A DNA stretch of 64,000 nucleotides. Source: Gemmatimonadota bacterium (GTDB taxonomy: Bacteria; Gemmatimonadota; Gemmatimonadetes; Gemmatimonadales; GWC2-71-9). Location of the stretch: assembly GCA_039586895.1 (NCBI GenBank), contig JBDHJM010000006.1:13079-77078 (forward strand), written 5' to 3'. Numbering within the stretch: the stretch's first letter is position 1; each line of letters starts with the position of its first letter. The notes beneath the pieces were generated by a model. That model was not told the origin of the DNA. It saw only the letters and a list, made by a program, of their open reading frames with translations, and did not search any database. This document shows positions 9,266-18,295 of this stretch, one piece after another. A program made the translations under genes and the position numbers.

Positions 9266-9293
9266 CTTCACACTAGCTCCACATCTCCTTAAC
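9266..9293 (+). promoter_or_regulatory. Three 11-bp-spaced direct repeats, putative OmpR-family sites
   Basis: CTTCAC 9266, CTCCAC 9277, CTTAAC 9288. Confidence 0.4.
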
Positions 9294-9363
9294 CCGCGGT
9301 TTTGTCTTGCTTCATGCACCTGCCCCGATCTTCTCAGGGGCGGATGAAGCAGGCGGTGGAATC

Positions 9364-9576
9364 GTGCATCACAACGTCGGGAAGCTGGATGGGTGGGTTC
9401 GGGGATCGCTGGCGGTCGCTTTCCTGATCGTTGCCCTTGTGCTCATCGAACAGGTCGTCTTCTCGCTGCTGGCCGCTCTCGCAGCGCTCGTGTTAGGTGC
9501 CACTGCGATCATGCGGCACTGCCCGCTCTACGAGATCTTCAGGCACACCACCCGCCCCGGCCGGTCTCACCCGTAG
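9364..9576 (+). CDS. DUF2892 (YgaP-like) small membrane protein
   Basis: HNVGKLDGWVR, two TM helices, HCPLY; GTG start chosen. Confidence 0.8.
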   Translation: MHHNVGKLDGWVRGSLAVAFLIVALVLIEQVVFSLLAALAALVLGATAIMRHCPLYEIFRHTTRPGRSHP

Positions 9577-9683
9577 CGGCACTAGAAGGCCGACGCGGAC
9601 CCGCGGCCCGCTGGCGCCAGTTGGCCGCCCGAGCGAAATTTCCGGCTCGCAGTCGCAGATACCTACCACACCGAGGAAGCAAC

Positions 9684-10070
9684 ATGCGCAAGGCAGCCGC
9701 ATTCTCGGCTTTGACACTCGTGGTCGTCACGCTGGCCGTCCCACCGGCGCAGGCGCAGGAAGCGCTGCCGGAGGGAATGACGCAGGAGATGATCGCCGAG
9801 GGCCGGTCGCTGTTTGGGGGAGCGGGGATTTGCGCGGCCTGCCACGGGCCCGAGGGTAAGGGAGTCCCCAACCTGGGAGCCGATCTCAGCGACGACGAGT
9901 GGCTGCACAGCGACGGCTCCTGGACCGGCATCGCGGAGACGATTCTGAAGGGCGTCGCGGCCGACAAGTCGTCCACAGGCAGCGTGATGCCTCCCAAGGG
10001 AGGCGGCAGCCTGTCGGACGAGCAGGTGGAGGCGGTGGCCGCCTACGTGTGGAGCCTGAGCAACGGTTAG
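9684..10070 (+). CDS. Periplasmic monoheme cytochrome c
   Basis: Signal peptide ending AQA; CAACH; distal MPPKGG. Confidence 0.9.
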   Translation: MRKAAAFSALTLVVVTLAVPPAQAQEALPEGMTQEMIAEGRSLFGGAGICAACHGPEGKGVPNLGADLSDDEWLHSDGSWTGIAETILKGVAADKSSTGSVMPPKGGGSLSDEQVEAVAAYVWSLSNG

Positions 10071-10130
10071 GGCAGGGCCTCCGGCGGCCGCTTGCCGCGG
10101 CCCGCGTCGGCGCCGCCCAGCAACCGATGA

Positions 10131-10160
10131 AGGGGGTCGGAATTCCAACTCCGACCCCCT
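10131..10160. terminator. Hairpin downstream of cytochrome c gene
   Basis: AGGGGGTCGGA...TCCGACCCCCT 11-bp stem. Confidence 0.5.
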
Positions 10161-10283
10161 CCCTTCTCCCGGTCCCCCTCTGTAGTTTGTAGCCTGTCGC
10201 GCCACCGGGCGTGCGACGCAGCTCGGCGCGCGGCGCTCAATTGCCAGCGACTACCGGACACCATAGAGGAGCGAGGCACACAG

Positions 10284-10712
10284 ATGAAGGTCAAGCACAG
10301 CGCTTTCCTGCTGCTGTTGGCGATGGCGGCTGCATGCGCCGGCGGCGAGCAGGCACAGACAGAAGGGACCAGCGAGGCCGCCATGGCCGAAGCGGCCCCG
10401 GCCGTTTCGATGGAGGCCCCGACCGGCGAGGTGGATGCCGCGCTCGTGGGCCAGGGCGAGGGCCTGTTCCAGTCCAAGGGCTGCGTGGGCTGCCACACGC
10501 TCGGCGGCGGCCGGCTGACCGGCCCCGATTTGGAGGGGGTGACCGACCGGCGTGAGTTCAGCTGGATCATGGCGATGATCGTCCAGCCCGACTCGATGCT
10601 GCAGAACGACGCCGCCGCCAAGGAGCTGCTGCAGGAGTACATGACTCCGATGGTGAACATGGGCGTCACCCAGGAGGAAGCGCGGGCGATCTACGAGTAC
10701 CTGCGCCAGTAA
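10284..10712 (+). CDS. Lipoprotein monoheme cytochrome c (type associated with clade II nos clusters)
   Basis: Lipobox AAAC; CVGCH; TGPDL; distal PMVNM. Confidence 0.88.
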   Translation: MKVKHSAFLLLLAMAAACAGGEQAQTEGTSEAAMAEAAPAVSMEAPTGEVDAALVGQGEGLFQSKGCVGCHTLGGGRLTGPDLEGVTDRREFSWIMAMIVQPDSMLQNDAAAKELLQEYMTPMVNMGVTQEEARAIYEYLRQ

Positions 10713-10734
10713 CCGAGCTCGGCAGGACTGACGA

Positions 10735-10779
10735 ACGGACGGGCAGGGGGTGCCGCTGCGCCCCCCCCTGCCCGTCCGT
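10735..10779. terminator. Hairpin between convergent cytochrome c and Rrf2 genes
   Basis: ACGGACGGGCAGGGGG / CCCCCTGCCCGTCCGT 16-bp inverted repeat. Confidence 0.65.
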
Positions 10780-10799
10780 GTTTGCTGGCGGCCTGTAGA

Positions 10800-11240
10800 C
10801 TAGCCGCAGGGTCCCAGATCCACCGGGCCCGATCCCAATCTCCCTCCGGCCAGCACGTCTCCGACGGTGGTATCCCGGAAGAAACGCGCCACCTCCTCCG
10901 CGCACGCCTTCCAGCGCGAGTGCACGGGACACGGATCACGATCGGAGCACTCGGGCCGGCCCAACAGACAGCGCCGCTGCTCGCCGATCTGATCGTACAG
11001 CGACACGACCTGGAGCAGAGGCAGCTGCGCGGGCGGCAAGGCAAGCTGGAATCCGCCGTGCTTGCCCCGCGTGGACTTGAGTATCCCAGCCCGCACCAGG
11101 TCGTGCAGGATCTTGCCCAGGTAGTTGCGCGGTACGTCGATCGAGCTCGCCAGATCGCTGGCGCGCACCGGCTTCTGCTCCGGCTGCCGGGCCAGGCAGA
11201 CTACAGCCCGCAGCGCGTACTCAGCTGTTCCCGAGAGCAT
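10800..11240 (-). CDS. Rrf2 family transcriptional regulator (three Cys, probable Fe-S)
   Basis: TAEYALRA, YLGKIL, STRGKHGGF, CLLGRPECSDRDPCPVH. Confidence 0.93.
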   Translation of the reverse strand: MLSGTAEYALRAVVCLARQPEQKPVRASDLASSIDVPRNYLGKILHDLVRAGILKSTRGKHGGFQLALPPAQLPLLQVVSLYDQIGEQRRCLLGRPECSDRDPCPVHSRWKACAEEVARFFRDTTVGDVLAGGRLGSGPVDLGPCG

Positions 11241-11447
11241 CGGCCGGTCCTCGGAGGGCGGGGCTTGCAGGCCCCAGACCTAGAAGTATATTCATGACAT
11301 CTTTATGATAATATCGTATTCCTTGTTGGACAAGCACAGCGGACCCGGGGGGGCGCCCAGCTTGCAGGGGCGGCCCCACGGCGGCCCGCATTAGACATAA
11401 CACTAACAGCCACAACCATTTACCAGTCCTTAGGGGGGAATCGAAAC

Positions 11448-13409
11448 ATGCGATCCAAACGCTACCTCTGGGCCATCGGGCTCACTGCGGTGGTTGCGGT
11501 AGTCGCGGTCGTGGGACTCGGGTCCTGCGCTGGCCCCGGTGGGAGCGCCGACGTGGGCGCCATCGCGCGCGAGCGCGGCCTCACCGAGGCCGACGTCATC
11601 GCCGCAGTCAAGACGTTCCAACCGACCGGGCAGTTCGACGAATACATCCTGTTCGGCTCAGGTGGCCACTCCGGGCAGGTCCTGGTCATCGGAGTGCCGT
11701 CGATGCGGCTGCTCAAAGTCATCGCGGCGTTCACGCCGGAGCCGTGGCAGGGCTTCGGGTACGGGTCCCGGGAGCACCGGGAGCTGCTGGCGGGAGCCGG
11801 CATGGCAGGCAATGACCTCTCCTGGGGCGACAGCCACCACCCTGCCCTGTCAGAGACGGACGGGGACTACGACGGTCAGTTCCTGTTCATCAACGACAAG
11901 GCCAACCCGCGCATCGCCGTCATCGACCTGCGAGATTTCGAGACCAAGCAGATCGTGACGAACGAGAACATGGGCACCAACCACGGCGGAGCCTTCGTCA
12001 CTCCCAACACTGAGTATGTGATCGAGGCAGCGCAGTACTCGGTGCCGCTGTGGACCGATTACGCCGACTCCGACCGCTACGAGGAGGACTACCGCGGGCT
12101 CGTGACTCTGTGGAAGTTCGACCGTGCCGCGGGCAGGATCGACGAGTCCCAGAGCTTCTCGATCGAGCTGCCGCCCTACTGGCACGACCTCTCTGACGCC
12201 GGCAAGGGTCCGTCGTTCGGCTGGGCCTTCCTCAACTCGTTCAACAGCGAGATGGCCACAGGCGGAGTGGAAGACGGCAACCCGCCATTCGAGAACGGCG
12301 CCTCCCACAACGACATGGATTACATGCACATCCTCAACTGGGAGAAAGCCGCCGAGGTAGCCGCCACCCGCGGCATGACCCGCACGCGCAACGGTCACCG
12401 CATCATCCCGATCGACGTGGCGGTCGAGCAGGGCATCCTCTACCTGGTGCCCGAGCCCAAGAGCCCGCATGGAGCCGACGTGACGCCGGACGGCGGAACC
12501 GTCGTCGTCTCCGGCAAGCTGGATCCCCACGTGACGCTGTACTCGTGGGAGAAGATGAAGGCTGCGATCGACGCCGGGGAGTTCGCCGGGAACGATACGT
12601 ACGGAGTGCCGATCCTCGACTTCGCCTCGGTGATCGACGGCCAGCTGGAGGTCGGCCTCGGACCCCTGCACACCCAGTTCGACGACGAGGGCTGCGCCTA
12701 CACGTCGATATTCCTGGACACCAAGGTCACCAAGTGGTGCCTCGACCCGCTCGAGGTGGTCGACGACATCGGCGTCCACTACAACGTGGGCCACCTGGCG
12801 GCGGCCGAAGGCGACACGAAGTCGCCGGACGGCAAGTACTTGGTCGCGATGAACAAGTGGGCCCTGGACCGATTCAACGACGTCGGCCCGCTGCTGCCCC
12901 AGAACTTCCAGCTCCTCGACATCGACGGCGACGAGATGCAGCTCATCTACGACATGCCGATCGGCATCGGCGAGCCGCACTACGCGCAGATGATCAAGGC
13001 CGACAAGCTCGAGCCGTTCCGGGTTTACCCCGAAGTGGGCTGGAGCCCGGGCACGATGTCTGTCTCGGACGACGCAGTGCTCGCGGGCCAGGAGGGCGTA
13101 AGCCGCAGGGGAAACACCGTGACCGTGCAGATGACGGCGGTGCGCAGCCACTTCACGCCCGAGTACATCAGGGTGCGTGAGGGCGACCGCGTCATCATCC
13201 ACATCACCAACATCGAGCAGGCACACGACGCCACGCACGGCCTCGGCATCGCCAAGCACAACATCAACGTGAGCATCGAGCCGGGCGAGGCCCAGACCAT
13301 CGAGTTCGTGGCCGACCAGGCGGGAGTCTTCCCGTTCTACTGCACCGAGTTCTGCTCCGCGCTCCACCTGGAGATGATGGGCTATCTCCTGGTCGAGCCT
13401 CGCAGCTAG
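11448..13409 (+). CDS. nosZ: Nitrous-oxide reductase, clade II (Sec-type signal)
   Basis: SGGHSGQ, GDSHHP, TNHG, SPHG, GPLH, EPH CuZ histidines; THG...CTEFCSALHLEM CuA; no twin-Arg, LGSC lipobox. Confidence 0.97.
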   Translation: MRSKRYLWAIGLTAVVAVVAVVGLGSCAGPGGSADVGAIARERGLTEADVIAAVKTFQPTGQFDEYILFGSGGHSGQVLVIGVPSMRLLKVIAAFTPEPWQGFGYGSREHRELLAGAGMAGNDLSWGDSHHPALSETDGDYDGQFLFINDKANPRIAVIDLRDFETKQIVTNENMGTNHGGAFVTPNTEYVIEAAQYSVPLWTDYADSDRYEEDYRGLVTLWKFDRAAGRIDESQSFSIELPPYWHDLSDAGKGPSFGWAFLNSFNSEMATGGVEDGNPPFENGASHNDMDYMHILNWEKAAEVAATRGMTRTRNGHRIIPIDVAVEQGILYLVPEPKSPHGADVTPDGGTVVVSGKLDPHVTLYSWEKMKAAIDAGEFAGNDTYGVPILDFASVIDGQLEVGLGPLHTQFDDEGCAYTSIFLDTKVTKWCLDPLEVVDDIGVHYNVGHLAAAEGDTKSPDGKYLVAMNKWALDRFNDVGPLLPQNFQLLDIDGDEMQLIYDMPIGIGEPHYAQMIKADKLEPFRVYPEVGWSPGTMSVSDDAVLAGQEGVSRRGNTVTVQMTAVRSHFTPEYIRVREGDRVIIHITNIEQAHDATHGLGIAKHNINVSIEPGEAQTIEFVADQAGVFPFYCTEFCSALHLEMMGYLLVEPRS

Positions 13410-13424
13410 GTTCCTGATGCACTG

Positions 13425-13466
13425 GCACTCCCTTCGTCCGCTTTCTCGAGCGGGCGGAGGGAATGC
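13425..13466 (+). terminator. Intercistronic hairpin after nosZ
   Basis: GCACTCCCTTCGTCCGCT / AGCGGGCGGAGGGAATGC imperfect stem with G-U pairs, no U tail. Confidence 0.5.
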
Positions 13467-13502
13467 CCCGAGGCTCGCAAACGCCAGCCCATCGAGACTC
13501 TC

Positions 13503-14108
13503 ATGGACCGAGTAACAGCCTTCTTTCAGGGTGACCTGTCACGCAGGAGCCGCGTGCTCATGGTCGTCACTGCGCTGGCCCTGGTGCCCTGCATCTTCCT
13601 CCCGACGTGGACTATCGGGCTCAAGGCTCCGCAGTATCCCGACGGGCTCCAACTCAGGATTTACCCGCATACGGTGGCCGGGGACGTAGGCGAGGTGAAC
13701 ATCCTCAACCACTACATCGGGATGCACGAGATCGAGGCCGACGAGTTCCCCGAGTTTCGCTTTATTCCCTTCTTCATCCTGCGGTTCCTGATGTTCGCCA
13801 TGCTCACCGCGCTGGTCGGCAGCATGGCAATCGCCGCCATCGGTTGGATCGACTTCTTCGTGTTCGGCACCGTGATGCTCTACACGCTGCAGCACTGGTT
13901 ATTCCAGTACGGCCACGACCTGTCGCCCGAGGCGCCGCTCAATATCGCCCCATTCACGCCCCACTTCATCGGCCCGACCACAGTTGGACAGTTTACCGTG
14001 TCCAGTTGGCCGGCGCTGGGCGCGATCATCATGGGCATTGCGGGTGCGGCCGGGCCGGTCGTCGTGTACCTCGAGTGGCGGCGTTCGCAGCGAGCCGGAA
14101 CGGCGTGA
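13503..14108 (+). CDS. nosB: NosB-like membrane protein of clade II nos clusters
   Basis: APQYPDGL, NILNHYIGM, YGHDLSPEAP; directly after nosZ. Confidence 0.8.
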   Translation: MDRVTAFFQGDLSRRSRVLMVVTALALVPCIFLPTWTIGLKAPQYPDGLQLRIYPHTVAGDVGEVNILNHYIGMHEIEADEFPEFRFIPFFILRFLMFAMLTALVGSMAIAAIGWIDFFVFGTVMLYTLQHWLFQYGHDLSPEAPLNIAPFTPHFIGPTTVGQFTVSSWPALGAIIMGIAGAAGPVVVYLEWRRSQRAGTA

Positions 14109-15445
14109 TTCCCGGTCCCGCGCTGCTCCTCGTCCTGCAGGCGGCCCAGCTCAGCGTGGGGCCCGAGGGCGAGTTTCGCTCCATCCGGGACGCGCTGGCA
14201 GCGGCGCGCCCCGGCGACACCGTGCGTGTGGCGGCCGGCGTCTATCACGAACACGCGGTCGTCGACCGCACGGTCGTGCTGCTGGGAGAAGCCGGTGCGG
14301 TGATCGTCGGCGACGGTCGCGGGACCATCATCACGGTCCGTGCCCCGGCGGTGATCCGGGGCTTCACCCTGCGCGGTTCCGGGTCGGACCAGTCGCGCGA
14401 GGACTCGGGCATCCTCGCCGAGAAGGCGCCCGGGCTGATCATCGAGAACTGCCGCTTCGAGGACGTGCTGTTCGGGATCTACCTCAAGCAGAGCCACCGC
14501 GCGGTCATCCGGAACAACGTCATACAGGGCAAGAACCTCACGATGCCGCTCAGGGGCGACGGAATCCGCCTCTGGTACAGCCACAACGGGACCATCGCCG
14601 GCAACGAGCTGGATCGTGTACGCGACCTGGTGATCTGGTTTTCCAACAACACCGAAGTGCGCGACAACGTGGTGCGCGACTCCCGCTACGGGCTGCACTA
14701 CATGTACAGCGACCACAACCGGTTCCAGGGGAACCGCTTCATCGGCAACGACGTGGGCGCTTTCATCATGTACTCCAACGACATCGCGTTTCACGGCAAC
14801 GTGTTCGCCAACGCGCGCGGCACCACCGGCCGCGGGCTCGGCTTCAAGGACGCCGACGCCATCACGGCCCAGAACAACGTGATGGTCAAGAACGCGGTCG
14901 GCATATCCATCGACAACTCGCCGACCTCGGAGAACGTGGAGAACCTGTTCCGCAGGAACGTGATCGCCTACAACGACGTGGGCGTGTGGATGCTGCCCTC
15001 GGTGCACTCGAACCGGTTCGAGGAGAATCAGTTCGTGGACAACGTGGTCCCGGTGGGAGTGTCGGGCGGCGGGACGGCGCTGCGCAACTCCTGGCTGGGG
15101 AACTACTGGTCCGAATACGCCGGCTTCGACGCCGACGCGGACGGCCTGGGCGACACCCCCTTCGTGTTCGAGCGCCTGTCCGACGATCTGCTTGCGAAGC
15201 ACGAAGACCTGCAGGTCTTCAACCTCAGCCTGGGCGTTACGGCGCTCAACATGCTGAGCCGGGTCTTCCCGCTGCTGCGTCCCGAACCGATCGTGATCGA
15301 TTCGGTGCCGCACACGGCGCGCCCGCTGCCCGCCGGCACGGCAGGTGGCGGGGGGCGGCCGCTGGCCGCGGCGGGCTTCCTGGCCACCGCTGCACTGGCT
15401 GCAATGCTCGTCCCGCGGCTGCGGCGGGCAAGGAAAGCATCGTGA
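14105..15445 (+). CDS. nosD: Nitrous oxide reductase maturation protein NosD
   Basis: Beta-helix repeats, RGDGIRLWYS, RYGLHYMYS, GNYWSEYAGFD..DGLGDTP; GTG overlaps nosB stop. Confidence 0.93.
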   Translation: MIPGPALLLVLQAAQLSVGPEGEFRSIRDALAAARPGDTVRVAAGVYHEHAVVDRTVVLLGEAGAVIVGDGRGTIITVRAPAVIRGFTLRGSGSDQSREDSGILAEKAPGLIIENCRFEDVLFGIYLKQSHRAVIRNNVIQGKNLTMPLRGDGIRLWYSHNGTIAGNELDRVRDLVIWFSNNTEVRDNVVRDSRYGLHYMYSDHNRFQGNRFIGNDVGAFIMYSNDIAFHGNVFANARGTTGRGLGFKDADAITAQNNVMVKNAVGISIDNSPTSENVENLFRRNVIAYNDVGVWMLPSVHSNRFEENQFVDNVVPVGVSGGGTALRNSWLGNYWSEYAGFDADADGLGDTPFVFERLSDDLLAKHEDLQVFNLSLGVTALNMLSRVFPLLRPEPIVIDSVPHTARPLPAGTAGGGGRPLAAAGFLATAALAAMLVPRLRRARKAS

Positions 15446-16362
15446 TCCGGGCATCCGGTCTAGTCAAACACTACGGACCGCACGTCGTCCTGGATGGGCT
15501 CGACCTGCACGTGCGGCGCGGCGAACGAGTCGCGCTGCTGGGCCTCAACGGCGCCGGCAAGACGACCCTAATCCGCTGCCTGCTCGGACTCATTCCGTTC
15601 GACGGCAGCCTCTCGATCGACGGGCTCGACGTCCGGGGGCGGGGCCGCGAGGCCCGCGGCCGACTCGGTTACGTGCCGCAGCGTGCACCCCACTTCGACG
15701 GCACACTCGCCGAGGTAGTGGACTTCTTCACACGACTGCGTGGAGCCGACCCCGGCCTGGTCAGTTCGCGCCTGGAGAATCTGGGACTGTCCCTCGAGGA
15801 GCACGGTATTAAACCGGTGCGTGCGCTCTCGGGCGGGATGCTCCAGAAGGCCCTGCTGGCGCTCGCGCTCGGCGCCGACGTCCCCTTGCTGCTCCTGGAC
15901 GAGCCGACTGCCAACCTGGACCACAAGGCGCGCCGCGAGTTCCTGCGGTCGCTGCAGCAGGTGGACGGTAACACGACGATCCTCCTCGCCTCACACCGCT
16001 TCGCCGACGTGGAGGCGGTCGCGGAGCGGCTGCTTGTGCTGCACGGAGGCCGCATCGCTTTCGACGGCAGGGTCGGTGAGCTGCGGGAGAGAGTGGGCGA
16101 CGCGGTGACGCTCTGGGTGAAGGTGCCACCATCCCAGCGTGACGAAGCCACAAAACTGCTTCAGCAGAGCGTCCAGCTCGATTCCGTCCGCGCCAACGGG
16201 GCCTCACTGGGAGTCCACGTCCAGCACACCGCGCGCGCCGACGTGCTGGTGGCGCTGCGCGGGGGCGGGATTTCGGTCGTGGACTTCTGGACCGAGACGC
16301 CATCGCTCAACGAGCTGCTCGAGGGGGTGCTCGGTCTAGAGGCACCGGAGGAGGAGTCGTGA
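15442..16362 (+). CDS. nosF: ABC ATPase NosF
   Basis: GLNGAGKTT, LSGGM, LLLDEPT; context. Confidence 0.88.
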   Translation: MIRASGLVKHYGPHVVLDGLDLHVRRGERVALLGLNGAGKTTLIRCLLGLIPFDGSLSIDGLDVRGRGREARGRLGYVPQRAPHFDGTLAEVVDFFTRLRGADPGLVSSRLENLGLSLEEHGIKPVRALSGGMLQKALLALALGADVPLLLLDEPTANLDHKARREFLRSLQQVDGNTTILLASHRFADVEAVAERLLVLHGGRIAFDGRVGELRERVGDAVTLWVKVPPSQRDEATKLLQQSVQLDSVRANGASLGVHVQHTARADVLVALRGGGISVVDFWTETPSLNELLEGVLGLEAPEEES

Positions 16363-17177
16363 TCGCCCGTGCAGGCCTGTTCGTTCAGCGGGAGCTGGCC
16401 GGCAGTCTCAGGGCGCGCTGGTTCCTCGCATACTCGGCGGTGTTCCTGGCCGGAGGGCTGCTGTTTGCGGTGTTCGGGATGGGCGACCTGACGATCTACG
16501 GCTTCCGCGGATTCGCCAAGGCCTTCACCGGACTCGTGCACCTGTCTCTGCTGTTCGTGCCGCTACTCGCGCTCTTCCCAGCGGCGGCTTCCGTCGCCGA
16601 GGACAGGGAGAGCGGTGCACTGGAATACATGCTCGCGCAGCCGGTGACGTTTGGGGAGGTGTATGCGGGCAAGCTGGGCGGTGTCAGTGTCGCCATTCTG
16701 CTGTCGCTCACAGTCGGCTTCGGCGTGGCGGGCGCGGTAGCGGTGCTGCGCGGAGTGCCGCCGTTACTGCTGGTCACGCTCTACGGATACGTAGTGCTGC
16801 TTGCCCTGGTCTTCGTTGCACTCGGCCTCTGCTTCTCCACGATCACTGCATCGCGCGCCAGGGCAATGACGCTGGGCATTCTCGTGTGGCTCGCGATGGC
16901 GGCCCTCGGGACTCTCGGAGTGATGGTGGCGTTCGTGCGCTGGGGTCTCCCCGAATCCTTGCTGGTGTGGTGGAGCTTCGTCAATCCAGTCGAGGCGTTC
17001 CGCCTGGGGGTGGTCAGCGCGCTCGATGCCGACCTCTCGCTGCTCGGCCCGGTGGGGGCCGGCGTCGTCAGCCGGTTCGGGGCGGGTGGCACGATGGCTC
17101 TCGCGGCAGTTTCCCTGGCCGCCTGGGCGGCGCTGCCCGCGCTAGCCGGCTGGAGGGTGTTCCGCCACCGCGGGTAG
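16359..17177 (+). CDS. nosY: ABC permease NosY
   Basis: Multi-TM, EDRESGALEYMLAQPV, NPVEAFR. Confidence 0.88.
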   Translation: MIARAGLFVQRELAGSLRARWFLAYSAVFLAGGLLFAVFGMGDLTIYGFRGFAKAFTGLVHLSLLFVPLLALFPAAASVAEDRESGALEYMLAQPVTFGEVYAGKLGGVSVAILLSLTVGFGVAGAVAVLRGVPPLLLVTLYGYVVLLALVFVALGLCFSTITASRARAMTLGILVWLAMAALGTLGVMVAFVRWGLPESLLVWWSFVNPVEAFRLGVVSALDADLSLLGPVGAGVVSRFGAGGTMALAAVSLAAWAALPALAGWRVFRHRG

Positions 17178-17283
17178 GCATGGATGTCCCGATTCGGGCA
17201 GATCGTGCCCCCACCGGGCCCTTTCCATCCCGCTCCCGGCAGCCCACTTTGGCTGCTGTTCAACGTCCTGGAGCTTCAGGATC

Positions 17284-17838
17284 GTGCGCCCAATCGGCCT
17301 GTTGGGAGCCTGCAGGTACCCTGCCACGCCGCGTGCTGCTGCAATCCTAGCGGCGGCACTGTGCATGGGATGCGGCGGCGAGCGCCACGCCACCCGGGAA
17401 GCGCTCGCGGTCGTGAACCACTTCATCCACTGGGAGAGCCAGGGACGCACCGGTGAGAGCGCCGACGTCCCCCGCTGCGCGCGGGCGCCCGGTGCCGCCG
17501 CAGGTGGGGCCGGCGGGGAGGTTAGCGATACCATCGAAGTCATCGCAGGTGCGCAAGTGATCGGCCACCGGGACCGCCGGGACACGGTGTTCGTCTACGT
17601 CGAATACACGCTGCTCGGATCGGCGACGCTGCGAGAAGCGTCCACGTTTCGGCGCTACGTTCACCGTGACACCCTCACGTTCACGGTGCTCAACCCGCGG
17701 CCTGGATCGCCGGCCATATTGTGCCGACCCCACGCGGCCAGGCGTCTCTCCGACGAGGTCCTACACGAGTACCTTGCTACGCTGGACGACAGCTCACGAG
17801 TGGAGTGGGAGCGAGCGATCGCCGCGCTTCCTCATTAG
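17284..17838 (+). CDS. Hypothetical lipoprotein
   Basis: Hydrophobic stretch ending LCMGC; no recognised family; start uncertain. Confidence 0.45.
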   Translation: MRPIGLLGACRYPATPRAAAILAAALCMGCGGERHATREALAVVNHFIHWESQGRTGESADVPRCARAPGAAAGGAGGEVSDTIEVIAGAQVIGHRDRRDTVFVYVEYTLLGSATLREASTFRRYVHRDTLTFTVLNPRPGSPAILCRPHAARRLSDEVLHEYLATLDDSSRVEWERAIAALPH

Positions 17839-17869
17839 CTTGCTCTGTAAACCGCGCGGAGCTCTCCCC

Positions 17870-17980
17870 ATGTCCATGTTCGTGGTCGTAATCGGTGCAC
17901 TCATCGTTGCAGGCTCTTTAGTCATGATGGCCGCGTCCGGCGTTGCGCTCGGAACCTCTTGCATCTGGGCGGCCCTATGA
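17870..17980 (+). CDS. Possible 36-aa hydrophobic small protein
   Basis: GGAG RBS, MSMFVVVIGALIVAGSLVMMAASGVALGTSCIWAAL, ATGA overlap with next gene. Confidence 0.3.
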   Translation: MSMFVVVIGALIVAGSLVMMAASGVALGTSCIWAAL

Positions 17981-18288
17981 TAGCACGCACATGGCACGGA
18001 CGCGTTCCGGCGCAGCGTGCGGACGAGTATCACGAGTACCTCAGCAAGACCGGCGTCGCTGCCACCGGCGGGACGCCCGGTAACCTGGGTGTGTACGTGC
18101 TGCGGCGCATCGAGGGAGAAGTCGCACACTTCACCATGATCACCCTGTGGGAGTCCACGGACGCTATCAGGCAGTTCGCGGGTGACGACTACGAGATAGC
18201 GGTGTACTTCCCCGAGGACGACGACTTCCTTCTCGAGCGCGAGCCGGTGTTCCACCACGAGGTGCTGGAGGCGCCGGGCAGCGGGTAA
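17977..18288 (+). CDS. Antibiotic biosynthesis monooxygenase (ABM) family protein
   Basis: MIARTWHG...TPGNLG...TLWES...FAG...YFPEDDDFLLE. Confidence 0.82.
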   Translation: MIARTWHGRVPAQRADEYHEYLSKTGVAATGGTPGNLGVYVLRRIEGEVAHFTMITLWESTDAIRQFAGDDYEIAVYFPEDDDFLLEREPVFHHEVLEAPGSG

Positions 18289-18295
18289 GCCTCCA

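Noticed and set aside
11850-13367. Long antisense ORFs (also 13880-15454, 35424-37019, 37549-39141, 39195-40712, 50005-51690, 62560-63990)
   Set aside because: Shadow frames of high-GC genes on the opposite strand
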